Below are positions 14,392-26,604 of a stretch of DNA of 64,000 nucleotides, in pieces (within the stretch, counting starts at the first letter, position 1; every line of letters begins with the position of its first letter). The DNA comes from the human T2T-CHM13v2.0 reference genome, Homo sapiens, in the NCBI RefSeq assembly GCF_009914755.1, contig NC_060934.1, one strand, 5' to 3'. A model generated the notes under the pieces. It was not told where the DNA came from. It made no database searches and was given only the letters and a program-made list of their open reading frames with translations. The position numbers and the translations under genes are program-made.

Positions 14392-14761
14392 TATTATGGC
14401 CTGAATGTTTGTGTCCCTTTACAGTGTATATGTTGAAATCCTAACCCTCAATGTGATGGCATTAGGAATCAGGGCCTCTGGGAGGTGGTTAGGTCATGAG
14501 GTTGGGGCCCTCATAAATGGCATTAGTGCCCTTACTAATAGAGACAGAGACCTGGCTCCTGCTCTTTGCTCTTTGCCACGTGAGGGTACAATGAGAAGAC
14601 AGCCATGTGCAAAGTAGGATGAGTGCCCTTGCAAGACACTGAACCTACTGGTGCCTTGATCTTGGTCTCTTCAGCCTCTAAAACTGTGAAAAATAAACGT
14701 TTGTTGTTTAAGCCGCCCAGTTTATGCTAAATTGTTATGATAGCCTGAACTGACGGAGACA
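14392..14761 (+). mobile_element. MLT1A-like MaLR solo LTR
   Basis: Full-length LTR with perfect 5-bp TSD catgc (14387-14391 and 14762-14766). Confidence 0.9.
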
Positions 14762-16766
14762 CATGCGTACCACAAACAACAAAGGCTCAAGGATCCTTAA
14801 AATAAAAACCAAGACTTTCAGTGGGTTGTAACATCACGTAGTGGAGGTAGGTTTCCTCTCCTCTATACCTCTCCCAAGTAGGAAACATATTAAGATCACA
14901 GGGGAGTTAATTGGAACTATTATTTCATATGTAAAGAATGTATTCTTTATAACTTCTTGGGAATATATCTTAATTTCTTTTAAAGAAGATTAGTCTAAGT
15001 TATAGTTTAGTCTATAGTTTTGTAGGTTAGTCTAACAACATTTTCGTTAAGTCTAAAGAATAATTTGCAAACTATGTGTATGTGCTACATTTGTGTATTG
15101 AGTGGGTGAAGATCGAGTTCAGCACAGCATGCCTCTTAGGTAAATATGTAAAATTCTAGGAGTTATTTTTCAAGGGGTACAATTCTACACCCAAACATTC
15201 CCCTCCTAATTCTACCTCCTAATCGTAGAAGAAGCAGCCCCTTGGTTATTTAGCCCAAGAATCCAATGTGACTTATCTGTAATCCTATTAGTCCATTCTA
15301 TTCCCTTGATATTGGGAAGTTTTGCCTGTCCCAAAAGAGGCCATTCGGAGGTTATTCTTGGATGATTCACTCACTTGTGAAAGCAAATTGTGTTGGCTTC
15401 AAGATGCTGCATTTTTTTGTAAACAATGCCATGACTTTTACATTTCTTTACATCTTGGAGCTACCCACTTCTGCAGGTCCATTCTCTCTCTGTCACCATT
15501 TAAAATTATGTAAGGTAAGTTTTCATAAACCCGTAAAATAATGGTTACATAAATTGGAACTTCCTACCACTCATATCTTAGTTGTATTAAATCAAACATT
15601 TACTACTATTTCCATCTGTTTCACTCCATGACAGCATCACCTACTTGACTCTGTTATACTAAGAGTTCAGTGAGAAGAGCATCAGGGAGCTTAGTTCTAT
15701 GTAGTATCACAGAACCAAAAAGCACCTTAAACTTGTCAGGGTTCTGTTTCTTCAGCTGTAGAAGAAACCAGGGTTAGGGTTGGGGGTTATGGGGAAGATA
15801 ATACAAGTACAGGTAGGCAGCCTGTGTGACTAAAAGTTGTATCTGGTATGTTTGTCACTTAGGGACTTTTATGGACCTAGATTCTAAAAATCATCCCAAT
15901 AATAACCTTAAATCATGTCAGAAAACTCTACAATGGAATAGATTTTTGCATTCAGAAATTACGTGCATTTTCCCCAGCATGGTATCCACTTACCTAACAC
16001 TTTATGCTACATAAAACGATAAATTATCTAGTGTGATCTAAAGCCATCAGAAACATTTAAAAGTTTTATAGTACAGTATTTTAAAGTTTACTAACCATTA
16101 TATAAAATTAATAAGATAGTTTATACAGTCTCTTGCTTTATTGATTGTGGGTAATAACCTGTAGATGGGAATATAGTGGAATAATGTGCCTAACTGCCTT
16201 TAAAAGAACTTACTTAAACTTCAGTAATTTATTTCTGTGTTTCTTGGATTCCTTTTACTTCTGAAGTCTTAGTGAGGAACGGTCAGATATTGAGTTGCTG
16301 TATTCACTAAATATTTTGTGGAGAATTTCTTTAAGGAAAGATGTGGATTTTAATGCATAAATTTTTTAGACAGACTATTGAAGTTGAAATTTCATTTCAA
16401 GAGGCAGTCAGCTTTGTTTAACTCTATATTTTTAGTATCCAAAGTTACTGAGCCAGACTTTGCTTTAATTAATTACTATAGGATGTGAGGCAGTTCCAGT
16501 GCTGCTTTTTCTATTAACTTGCAATTTCCTGTAGGAAATTAATAAAATGAAAGAGGGGGTGGCCGGCAAGAATAAATATATGCTACAGTTGCAAGTCACT
16601 AAAATTCATCAGAATAAATTAAACTGCACAGGTTTCCTTTTTTTATAATTCTATAAAGCTTCTCAATTCTTAAGGCAAATTTGACAAAGAAACAGGGCCA
16701 TCTAAAAATGATCAACTTTCATATAATATACATTAATTAATTGATTAGAATATGAAATTTGTCAGA

Positions 16767-17005
16767 TCAGTGTTGTTTAATGGTTAAGAAGGTAAATTCT
16801 AGAAACAGACTGCGTGAGTTTAAAATCTGGCTCTGCCATTACTAGCATGAGACTTTGAACAATTTACTTAACCTGCTGTACCTCTTTATGTTTAAGATGC
16901 AAATTATAATAACACTTATAGGGTTCGTATGAGGATTAAATTAGTTAATATGCATAGTACCTGGTATATACAAAGTACTACACAGGCATTAACAGCAATT
17001 AGCAT
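16767..17005 (+). mobile_element. MIR
   Basis: tggttaagaa...cagactgc...aatctggctctgccattactagc...tttacttaacc. Confidence 0.8.
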
Positions 17006-17201
17006 CTGTTTTTTCATCAGTATTAAAATTTAAGAAAAATCATCTTACTTTAGCTATCCCTTTCTGCAACCTCTGGAGTCAAATCTTAAGGTGACAAATT
17101 TAAGTTTTTAAAATATTTGCAAATTTTGCTTTGTTTTTCTGAGTCCTTTTTAAGTGAGTTACCAGGAACTCCAATGAATGCATGTCGTTGTACTCAGGTA
17201 C

Positions 17202-17510
17202 TTTTTTTTTTTTTTTTCTTTGAGATGGAGTCTCGCTCTGTTGCCCAGGCTGGAGTGCAGTGGTGTAGTGGCATGATCTCAGCTCACTGCAAACTCTGCC
17301 TTCTGGGTTCAAGTGATTCTCATACCTCAGCCTCCCGAGTAGCTGGGATTACAAGCGTGTGTCACCACACCTGGCTAATTTTTGTAATTGTAGCAGAGAC
17401 GGAGCTTCATCATGTTGGCCAGGCTGTTCTCAAACTCCTGGCCTCAAGCAGTCCATCTGCCTCAGCCCCTAAAGTGCTGGGATTATAGGTGTGAGCAATT
17501 TCACTTGGCC
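17202..17510 (-). mobile_element. Older Alu (AluSz/Jb-like)
   Basis: Dimeric Alu with an internal 8-bp duplication (tgcagtgg tgtagtgg); degenerate TSD tactcaggtactt / tactcaatatactt. Confidence 0.93.
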
Positions 17511-18284
17511 TACTCAATATACTTTTAAGTGAATACTATGGGTACCAAATTCAAGTGTCTGATAATTTTACCCCATGAGTAAAAGGATTTCTCTTGCTGA
17601 GATTTCAGAAATTGTTGAGAAAATATTTGGAAGAATGTTAGCAATTGACCAGGATATAAAAAGAAACACAGAAATTACTCGCATTTAGATCTGCACCTCA
17701 ACCACATTGAAAGGGTGGCAGGATTTTCAGAATGTGGTTGCCTTTTCATTGTCATGCTTATGTTCATTCTACAATCAATATGTATTGCCACTGAAATAAA
17801 GATATAATACAAGATAGAATTAAGGCCTACTGCTTTGACTCTATTGTTTATCTAGTTAATAGCGTTAACAAATTTTAGTTCTAGCTTCCTTTGAACTGCA
17901 TGTAAATGCTGCCTAGTCAATGACATACCTGAAATAGCTTCTTGTTCTTTATTATGTGTTTATGTGCTCATCTGAGCGTGTCTTGTTACTAGGACTGCCT
18001 TATAAAAGTCGGTTTTAATTTCCCGAGTTAATTAAAGGTTTCTCTTACAATTACAGCCTCCCTAGTTTTCAGAGGTTTGTTCTTTTTGTGTGTATGTGAA
18101 GTGGGGAAGAAGGTAGTTGGAAGAGTACTACCTTTTATCATTCCATCTTATATGATTTATCTTCGCTGTGTGTATTATTCACCTATTATTTTTCATTAAG
18201 TAACAATAAGTGATTGAAACAAATGTTAATAAAATGATTAAAATATATTTAGTAACAAATTTATCTGTTTTTCCCCCTTTCTAG

Positions 18285-18305
18285 TACTGGTTTAAGTGGA
18301 CTGGA
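18285..18305 (+). other. Candidate 21-nt frame-preserving microexon
   Basis: tttttccccctttctAG | TACTGGTTTAAGTGGACTGGA | GTGAGA in unique sequence. Confidence 0.22.
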
Positions 18306-18484
18306 GTGAGAAAGACATTATTCGAAAGATGTTGCAAATTTATCATGTTTTCATGTTGGAAATGACATAAATGACTTTGTCCAAATGATGTCTTTTTCAG
18401 TGTAGAATACTTAAACCAGTGCTAGGAAGAAAGTTTTTTATTGTAAGAAAGTAGATTTCTTTTTATTATAAGTAAATAAAATAT

Positions 18485-21400
18485 CCTGATTATGGATATT
18501 TCATAATTCGTTCATTCATCAGTTTATGGACTTTTGGCTTGTTTCTAGTTTGGAGCTATTATGAATAAAAGCTGCTATGAGCATGTGTTTATAGGTCTTC
18601 TTGTAGACACATGATTTCATTTCTCTTACGTAAAAGTCCAGGAATAGTACTGCTAGATTGTATGGCTAAGTATATGTGTAACTTTATGAGAAACTGCCAA
18701 ACTGTTCTCAAAGGGGCGGCACCGCTATGCATTCCCACTAGCAATGTGCAAAATTTTCAGTTGCTCCACACACCATTAATTCTTGAACTAGTCAGCATTT
18801 TTAATGTTAGTCATTCTATTGGGTACCTTATGGTGATTTGTTTTTCCATTTCCCTCATGACTTCCGAGGTTGAGCATCTTTTCATTTGCTTATTGACCAC
18901 TGATATAACTTTGGCGATGTGTCTGTTAATTTTAATGATGTTCAGTTTATTGACTTTTTCTCCTTTTATGAATCATGCTTTGATGTCAAACTGAATAATT
19001 TTTTGCCTAACTCAAGGTAACAAGGATTTTCTTATGCTTCCTTCTAGGAGTTTTATTGCTTTTATTATTATATTTAGGTCTGTATTGTATTTTGGCACAT
19101 GTTTTGTTTGTTTATTTTTCTTAATGTTGTATGTGATAAGGGCTAAAGGTTTTTTTCATAAGAATACCAAATTGTTCCAGCATTTATTTTGCCACCATTG
19201 GATTACCTTAACCACTTTGTTGCAAATCAATCAACTATATATGTATGATTCTATTTGTTGACTTCATTCTGTTTCATTGATAAATAGGTCTATCCTAACA
19301 CCAATCCCACAATGTCTTGGTTATTGTGACTATATTAGGTCTTAAAGTAGTGTGAAGCCTCCAATTTGTACTTCTTTTCCAAATTTGTTTTGGCTATTCT
19401 AGATCCTCTGCATTTCCGTATAAATTTTAGAATCAACTTTTTCAATTTATCAAAAAAATCAGATTATGAATGAGATTGGGTTGAATCTATGGACCAATAT
19501 AGGGGGAATTGATATCTGAAGTCTTGTGTCTCTTCTAATCTACAAGTTAAATAATATTACCTCTTTTATTTAGGTTTTCTTTAACTTCTGTCAGTAATGG
19601 ATTTTTAGTGAAATATTTTAATAAATTTGTACCTAAATTTTTGATACTACTATAAATGGTAGCTTTTTTCATTTTGATTTCCAATTGTTTGTTACCATTG
19701 AATACTGAAATGCAATTAATTTTTGTGGATTTATATTTTTATCTTGTGACATTGCAACACTCAAGTTATTAATTGTAGTAGCTTTTTTGTAGATTCCTTA
19801 GGGTTTCCTATGAAACAATATTGTCATCTTCAAATAAACACAATTTTAGTTCTTCCTTTTTCATCTGTATGCCTATTATTTCTTTTACTTGCCTTGTTGC
19901 ACTGGCTAGGTTGTCTAGTACACTGTGGAATTGAAACGATTCAAACAAATACCCCTACATTATTTCATATATTAGGGGGAAACATTCAGTCTTTTACCAT
20001 TAAGTATGATGTTAACTTCAGGTTTTGTAAGATGGTCTTTATCAGAGTTTAGGAAATTTTCTATTCTTAGTTTGCTGAGAAATTTTTTTTAGGAATGGAT
20101 ATTGACTTTTAACAATATTTTTCTTATTTTTTGAGAAAATCTTGTGGATTTTACTTAGTATAGTTTGTTATTATGGTAAATTAAATTGATTTGTTTTTCC
20201 AATGTCAAATTGACATTGCCTTTTTAGGATTAAGCTCACTTGTCATGACATATGTTTTTTGTGCATGGCTAGATTCAATTTGCCAATTTGTAAAAGGATT
20301 TTTACTGAGATGTTGATAAAGTATACTAGTCAGTAATTTTTATTACTTGCCATGTCTTTTGCAACTTTAATATCAGAATAATGCTGGTTTCATGAAATGA
20401 CTGGGGACATGTTTCCTCCTCATCTGTTTTCTGGAGAGTTTGCATAGAATTGATATTATGTCGTCCTCAAATGTATTTGATAGAAATTGCCCACTGAAGC
20501 TGCCTAGTCCTTGGGGTTTTCTGTGGAATAGTTTTAATGACAAATTCTTTTATTTTTCCATAAAAGAACTTGATGGTTTTTATTTGACCTACTAACCTTC
20601 GGCCAGGGTAATTTTGACAGTGTCTGTAAGATAATAAAGTGGCAATTATAGTAGTAAGTTTGATTTAAAACACCTTTAACATAAAAAAGAATACTTGTTA
20701 ATTCTTGGAAGTAAAACCACAAGTGTTTATACATGTGAATATATATAATATTCTTTAATAAATTCTATATCTTTAGTAGATATATGGCTGTTCAAGTTAT
20801 ATAGTTCTTGAGTGAGTTTTGGTATTTTTAGATTTTCCAGGAATTTATTATTTTATCTAAGTTGTCAAATTTATTGGCAGTCTCTTATCTTCTAAATATT
20901 CCCTTATTATTTTTTAAAATGTCTGTAGGAACTATAGTGATGTCTTCTCTTTCATTCTTGATATATGTTGTTTCTTTTTCTTGGTCTGTCTGGCTAGAGA
21001 TTTATCATATTTATTGATATTGTCTGAGAAATAGCTTTTGGGCTTTATGGATTTTTTCCTTTGTTTTTCTATTTTGCATGTTATTGATATTTGTATCTTT
21101 ATTATTTCCTTCTCTCTCTTTAGGTTTAATTTACTATTCGTTAGTGTCCTAGGAGGGAAGCTTGGAACATTGATTAGAGACATTTTTTCTTTCTTAGTAT
21201 AAGCATTTAATGCTATAAATTTCCCTTCAAGCATCCTTTAGCTGCATTGCACAAATTTTGACTTGTTATATTTTCATTTTTATTCAATTCACAACTTTTT
21301 TCAATTTTCCTTGTGACTATTTCTTTGATCTTTGGCTTATTTAGAAGTGTGTTGTTTCTAAATGTGTCACAATTTTCCAGATTTTAAAATTTATTTTTAG

Positions 21401-22420
21401 TTTATTTCTATTTTGGTCAGAGAATATTACTCTATGGTTTTTATCTTTTTTAATTTGTTAAGGTTTGTTTTATGGCTGAGAGTATGGTCTGTATGGTGAA
21501 GGATTCATTTAGATTTGAATTGAAGGTGTATTCTGCTCTTGTATGGAGTTCTTGAATTGTCAGTTAGATTAGTTTCATTGATAATGCCATTATGTGTTCC
21601 ACATACTTAGTTCTATATTCTTACTGATTCTTCCTCAGAGAGGAGTGTTAAAAATCTCCAACTATAATTGTAGTCTTATTTATTTCTTCTTTATATTCTA
21701 TCAGTTTTTGCTTCATGTATTTTGAAGCTCTGTTATCTTTAAGCACATACACATTCAGCTGTCTACTATTAGCTAGAAGCTGATAGGTCTTCTTGATTAA
21801 TTGACTTCTTTATTATTATATAATGTTATACATTTTCCTGGTACTATTCCTTGATCTGAAGTCGTCTCTTTGTGCCTTTAATATAGCCACTCCAGCTTTC
21901 TTTCTTTAATTAAACATTTTTAGATTTCTTTTTTATTATACAGGTAAGAAACATTTAATTATAAAAATATGTGAAAATTTGAAAATACTGATAGTCAAAA
22001 ATAGGAAGGTAAAATCAGCTGTAAGCTCACTACCCAAAAGTAATCACTGTTAACAACTTTGTGTATATACCTATTTTTAAAAGTTTTATTTTTATGGTAA
22101 AATACACATGACATAAAATTTACTATCTTCATTCTTTTTTAGTATACAGTTCAGTGGTATTAAATACATTCATAATGTTGCACATCCATCACTCCAGCTT
22201 TCTTTTGTGTTTGCATGAAATTTCTCTACCTTTTTATTTTTAATCTGTGTTATATATTTATATTTAAAAATAGGTTTCGTATGGACAACTATAGTTGGCT
22301 TTTACTTTTGTATCCAAAATGACAATCTCTACCTTTTAATTCATCTATTTAGACCATTTGCATTTAGTGTAATTATCAGTATGGTTGGGATAAAATCTAT
22401 TATATTATTATTTGTTTACA
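18485..22420 (-). mobile_element. Old L1 (L1MB/MC-age) ORF2-to-3' fragment, about 3.9 kb, with nested insertions
   Basis: Antisense L1 throughout; minus ORF 20932-21234 reads [10 protein letters not shown] (L1 ORF2). Confidence 0.88.
21904..22189 (-). mobile_element. 5'-truncated L1MB 3' end plus about 170 bp of extra (transduced) sequence
   Basis: Perfect 16-bp TSD cactccagctttcttt at 21888-21903 and 22190-22205; L1MB 3' terminus at about 22075-22189. Confidence 0.75.
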
Positions 22421-22556
22421 AGGTTCTTGTTTGGATCTTGTTGTCCTATCCCTGTAGTCTCATACATATTTCACACTTCTTTTCTTCTACTCTACATGTA
22501 GCCTTCATAAGCTTATTCTAATACCTTCAAAGGGCCAATTTTTTATACCCCACTGA

Positions 22557-22871
<315 letters not shown>

Positions 22872-23225
22872 TTTCCCCTTTTTCTCAACCACACTTAACA
22901 AATTATTGCTCATCCTTCAGATCTCAGTAAAATTGTATTCCTCTAAGAAGCTTTTCTTATATTTCAAGTCTAGAGTAGGTGCCTTTCCCTACTTTCGCTT
23001 CACTGTCCCTAGAATTAATAGAATTAATATCAATATTAATTATTTAATTTAAACTGTGAATGGAAGAAAGTATGCTAGAGAGTGAATATGGATGTCTTCT
23101 CTTCCTTTATAAAAGGAGAATTCCCTAGCCAGATTGCCATGACAGCAATCCATTCTTTCACACTGTTAGAATGTCATTTTGAAGTGCCTCTGTGGGGTTC
23201 TTTTGCCCACCCTGCCTGGGATCAT

Positions 23226-23359
23226 CTAAATGACGAGTTAATAGGTACAGCACAACAACATGGCACATGTATACATATGTAACAAACCTGCACGTTGTGC
23301 ACATGTAACCTAAAACTTAAAGTATAATAATAATTAAATTAAATTAAATTTTTAAAAAA
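23226..23359 (+). mobile_element. Short young L1PA (PA3-5-like) 3' end
   Basis: ctaaatgacgagttaat...gtaacaaacctgcacgttgtgcacatgtaacctaaaacttaaagtataataat plus A-rich tail. Confidence 0.9.
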
Positions 23360-24849
23360 TGAGAGAGGTCCCTGACATCCCTGCAGGGATATGGGTTATT
23401 ATGTATAGTCTGTCCAACTATAATGTTGCATTTTTGTTTCATTGTTTCTTAGAGATTAATACCCCAAAGAGGGGTCTATTTCCTGTAATTTCTGTATTTA
23501 TCAAGCTGAAAAAGCATGTCCATAAGTTTAGAAAACTGAAGCTGAGATGATGAAAATACTGTGCTGTTGTTTTTCACTAATAGTTGCCTGATTATATCAC
23601 TGAAAGAATATCAAAAACTGATTTTATGCTATTGCAGTAAGATAGCTGCTGGTTGTACTTGGTATCCTTATGAAACAACATTCTTTTGGCATTAGATTAT
23701 CACTAACATTTAAATAACCTTCTCTAAATTAATTTTTAAAATTTCCACAACAAAGTGCATCACCATTAAAACATCACGTTAGTGGCAATTATAAAATGGT
23801 ATTAAATAATAGAATAGATGCCTGAATAATAATATGTAGTTTTTTAAAATCCTTAAAAGATAAACTACAGTAATGGGTATTGATGAAAAATGTGGTTGGT
23901 CTATTTATAGAAAAGCTAACTATAGCAGACATTTTTAAATAATATTTTTTATTTCTCCTTTAATTAAGTTTGTTCAGACATTCATAGATCATCTTGTACC
24001 TACAAAAAGATATTATTTGACAACCAAGTACACTCTGAAAAGAAGAACTTTATAAGTTATCTTTTTTAATTTTCCTTCATTGACATAATGACAGTGAATC
24101 TCATTATGTTGGTGCTAAGAATCTACCATTGTGTTTTGTTTTATGGAAAGAAAATTTAAATTATGTCTTGTTTAAAAAATGAGTAAAGTAGGTCAACACC
24201 CAGCTCACTCCCTGACATCACATAAATGTAAGATTAAGTAAGTGAATGACCTAATGTTCAGCCTTCTAAATATTCCTATATTTCAATTTAGGGAGCAAAT
24301 ATGAAAGTAAAATTAATGGATCAGTTCATACTTTTAACCTTGAGTCATGATAATAACTGTATTGAAGAAAATATCATGATCTTGATATGGTAGGCAATGG
24401 CAAGTTACTTGCCCCACAAAATATTTTTAAGTAAAAAATAATTTCCCAAGAGAATTTTCAAGACTCATTATTGGCTGAAGATCAGAATATTCCAGTGGTT
24501 CCTTTAATAATAATACTTTTATATACTCATTTTAATCAAACTATAGAGTTCAACTTTTGAAAGCAAAAGTTTAAATTTTGAAAATAAATTTTTGAAAGTA
24601 CAAGAAGATAGTTATATAGACATATGTGATAGTGAGTTACCAGTCCCACAGAGATCCAAGTATTAAAATGAGCGATTGCTCACTGGACAAGGCAGACTAA
24701 ATGTTTTTTTCCTAAGGGTTTCTTCTTAACATTCCTGTCTCAGGAAGGGCTTTAATTGACAGGGTAAGGCAGAAGGACAAAGAGGAAGAAGCAGCACTGG
24801 TTTGATCATTGACAAAGCACTTTCATTTTATGCAGCCTATCTTACTGTC

Positions 24850-25045
24850 CAGCTTGGTCAGAAAACACAAAAAGTTAGTCATGAGACCTGAGTTTGAGTT
24901 CCAGCTCTTCTACCTACTTGGCATAAAATCTGTGGCAAGTTACCAAGTTTCTCTGGGCCCCAGTGGCTTAATCCATTAAAAAGATGATTGTAATGTCTAC
25001 ACCACAGAATTACTATGCTACCTAAATTCCATAATTATGTGAAAT
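24850..25045 (+). mobile_element. MIR
   Basis: gagacctgagtttgagttccagctct...ggcaagttacc...ctctgggccccagt. Confidence 0.7.
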
Positions 25046-25500
25046 GAACATTTTCAGATGGCAAAGAATATTACATATCTTAGTTTCAGGTAACATACCT
25101 GATCAAGTTAGAAGAAAATCTGAGGAGCACATTTCCAAGACAACCCGCCTACAGATTTCTGATATGAACAGACAGTGGCTATTAAACAAATAAACAAACA
25201 CCACAAAATTAATCCTAGGTGATGGTAGTATGAAATGCATAGTTTATTTCTATACTTATTTCAGGCTTAACTTATTCTCACTTCTAACTGAATATAATAG
25301 AGTCTCACAAGCTAAGACCTGGGGCTGAGGATCTCCTCCCGTATTGTGAGAACTCTACATTGTAGAAAAGTCTAGTTTTATTATTTGAAATTAATAGACC
25401 TATTCTGTTCATGTGTTAATATTTGAATTATTTAAAGTACCTAAAACGAAGTTGCTATTGAATTTTACCACCACAGATCAACACATCCACTGGTATGTGG

Positions 25501-25505
25501 TGTGT

Positions 25506-25550
<45 letters not shown>
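25501..25550. repeat. (TG)n microsatellite
   Basis: About 25 TG units with one interruption. Confidence 0.97.
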
Positions 25551-25553
<3 letters not shown>

Positions 25554-26604
25554 TGTAATATAGAATATGCTAAATTCATAAGTTTCCATTGTGTTTTTTT
25601 CAGTACTTTTCTTAAATCACAAGTTACACGAAGCTTAACAAACATCCAAAAACACTAACCTAACTGGAAAATACTCTACCATCTTTAGGTCAATGTTAGT
25701 GGACTGTCTTCAAGTGGAGGTTGACTTCAGAATAGAGGCTCTTTTCATTTTTAATCTATCTTTTCTCCTTGGTCTTTTATCAGGAATGATGTAACAAAAG
25801 TATATGTATCCGTGAATAGAAATGTGTGCAAAGAATAAGTGGCAGTAGTGGGAGAAGCCTCTAGATCTGTGTCTATTTAGAAAGGCTGGAAAATAAGAAA
25901 ATAGTAGAACCCTGAATATATGCTATACATTTTATCTTCTCAGTGATTTCCTGCCTTATAATTCTTTTTAAAAATCACATTATAGCCTCAAATTGCCAGG
26001 TAAGAGGAGAATAAGTAGGAAACCAGGCTGATTTCATAAACCTTCAGTATTGTCCCACATAAGCATGCATTTTGGGCCTGATTATGTTCTCTGCAAACAC
26101 TGTCCAGAAACAGATTCAGTGAATTACAGTCTTAGGACTAACCAAGACAATTTTGAGCAAAAAGAAACCCCTCTCTAATGTGACAGTAGGACATAAGAAA
26201 CATCAATGTTATCACTGAAATTCAGCAAGTGCAGATGTTAATCACTGCACATCTAGCTCTACCTGCCAAATTGGTCAGATTCTTTGAGTCTGTGGCCACA
26301 CAATGTGATCTGCCAACTGCAGTTTGTCACAGTCTGCCACTTTGTTCTGCAAAAGAAGACTGCCTACATTGTATCACTAAGTTCTTTTGGCTGTTACTCC
26401 ACGGGAATGTTGCTAAACAATGAGAAATCCAATGAAACATTCCATTGGCTTAAGAATCAGATATTGTATAAGTCGTTCATTCATTAATTCAACAAATACA
26501 TAGTGAGAAGTTACTCTGTGCCAGATACCGGGGCACTCATAAGAATTTCTATAGATTTAACATCGTTAGTAATGTATATATAGCTAACAAGTAAGGCCAT
26601 ATAT

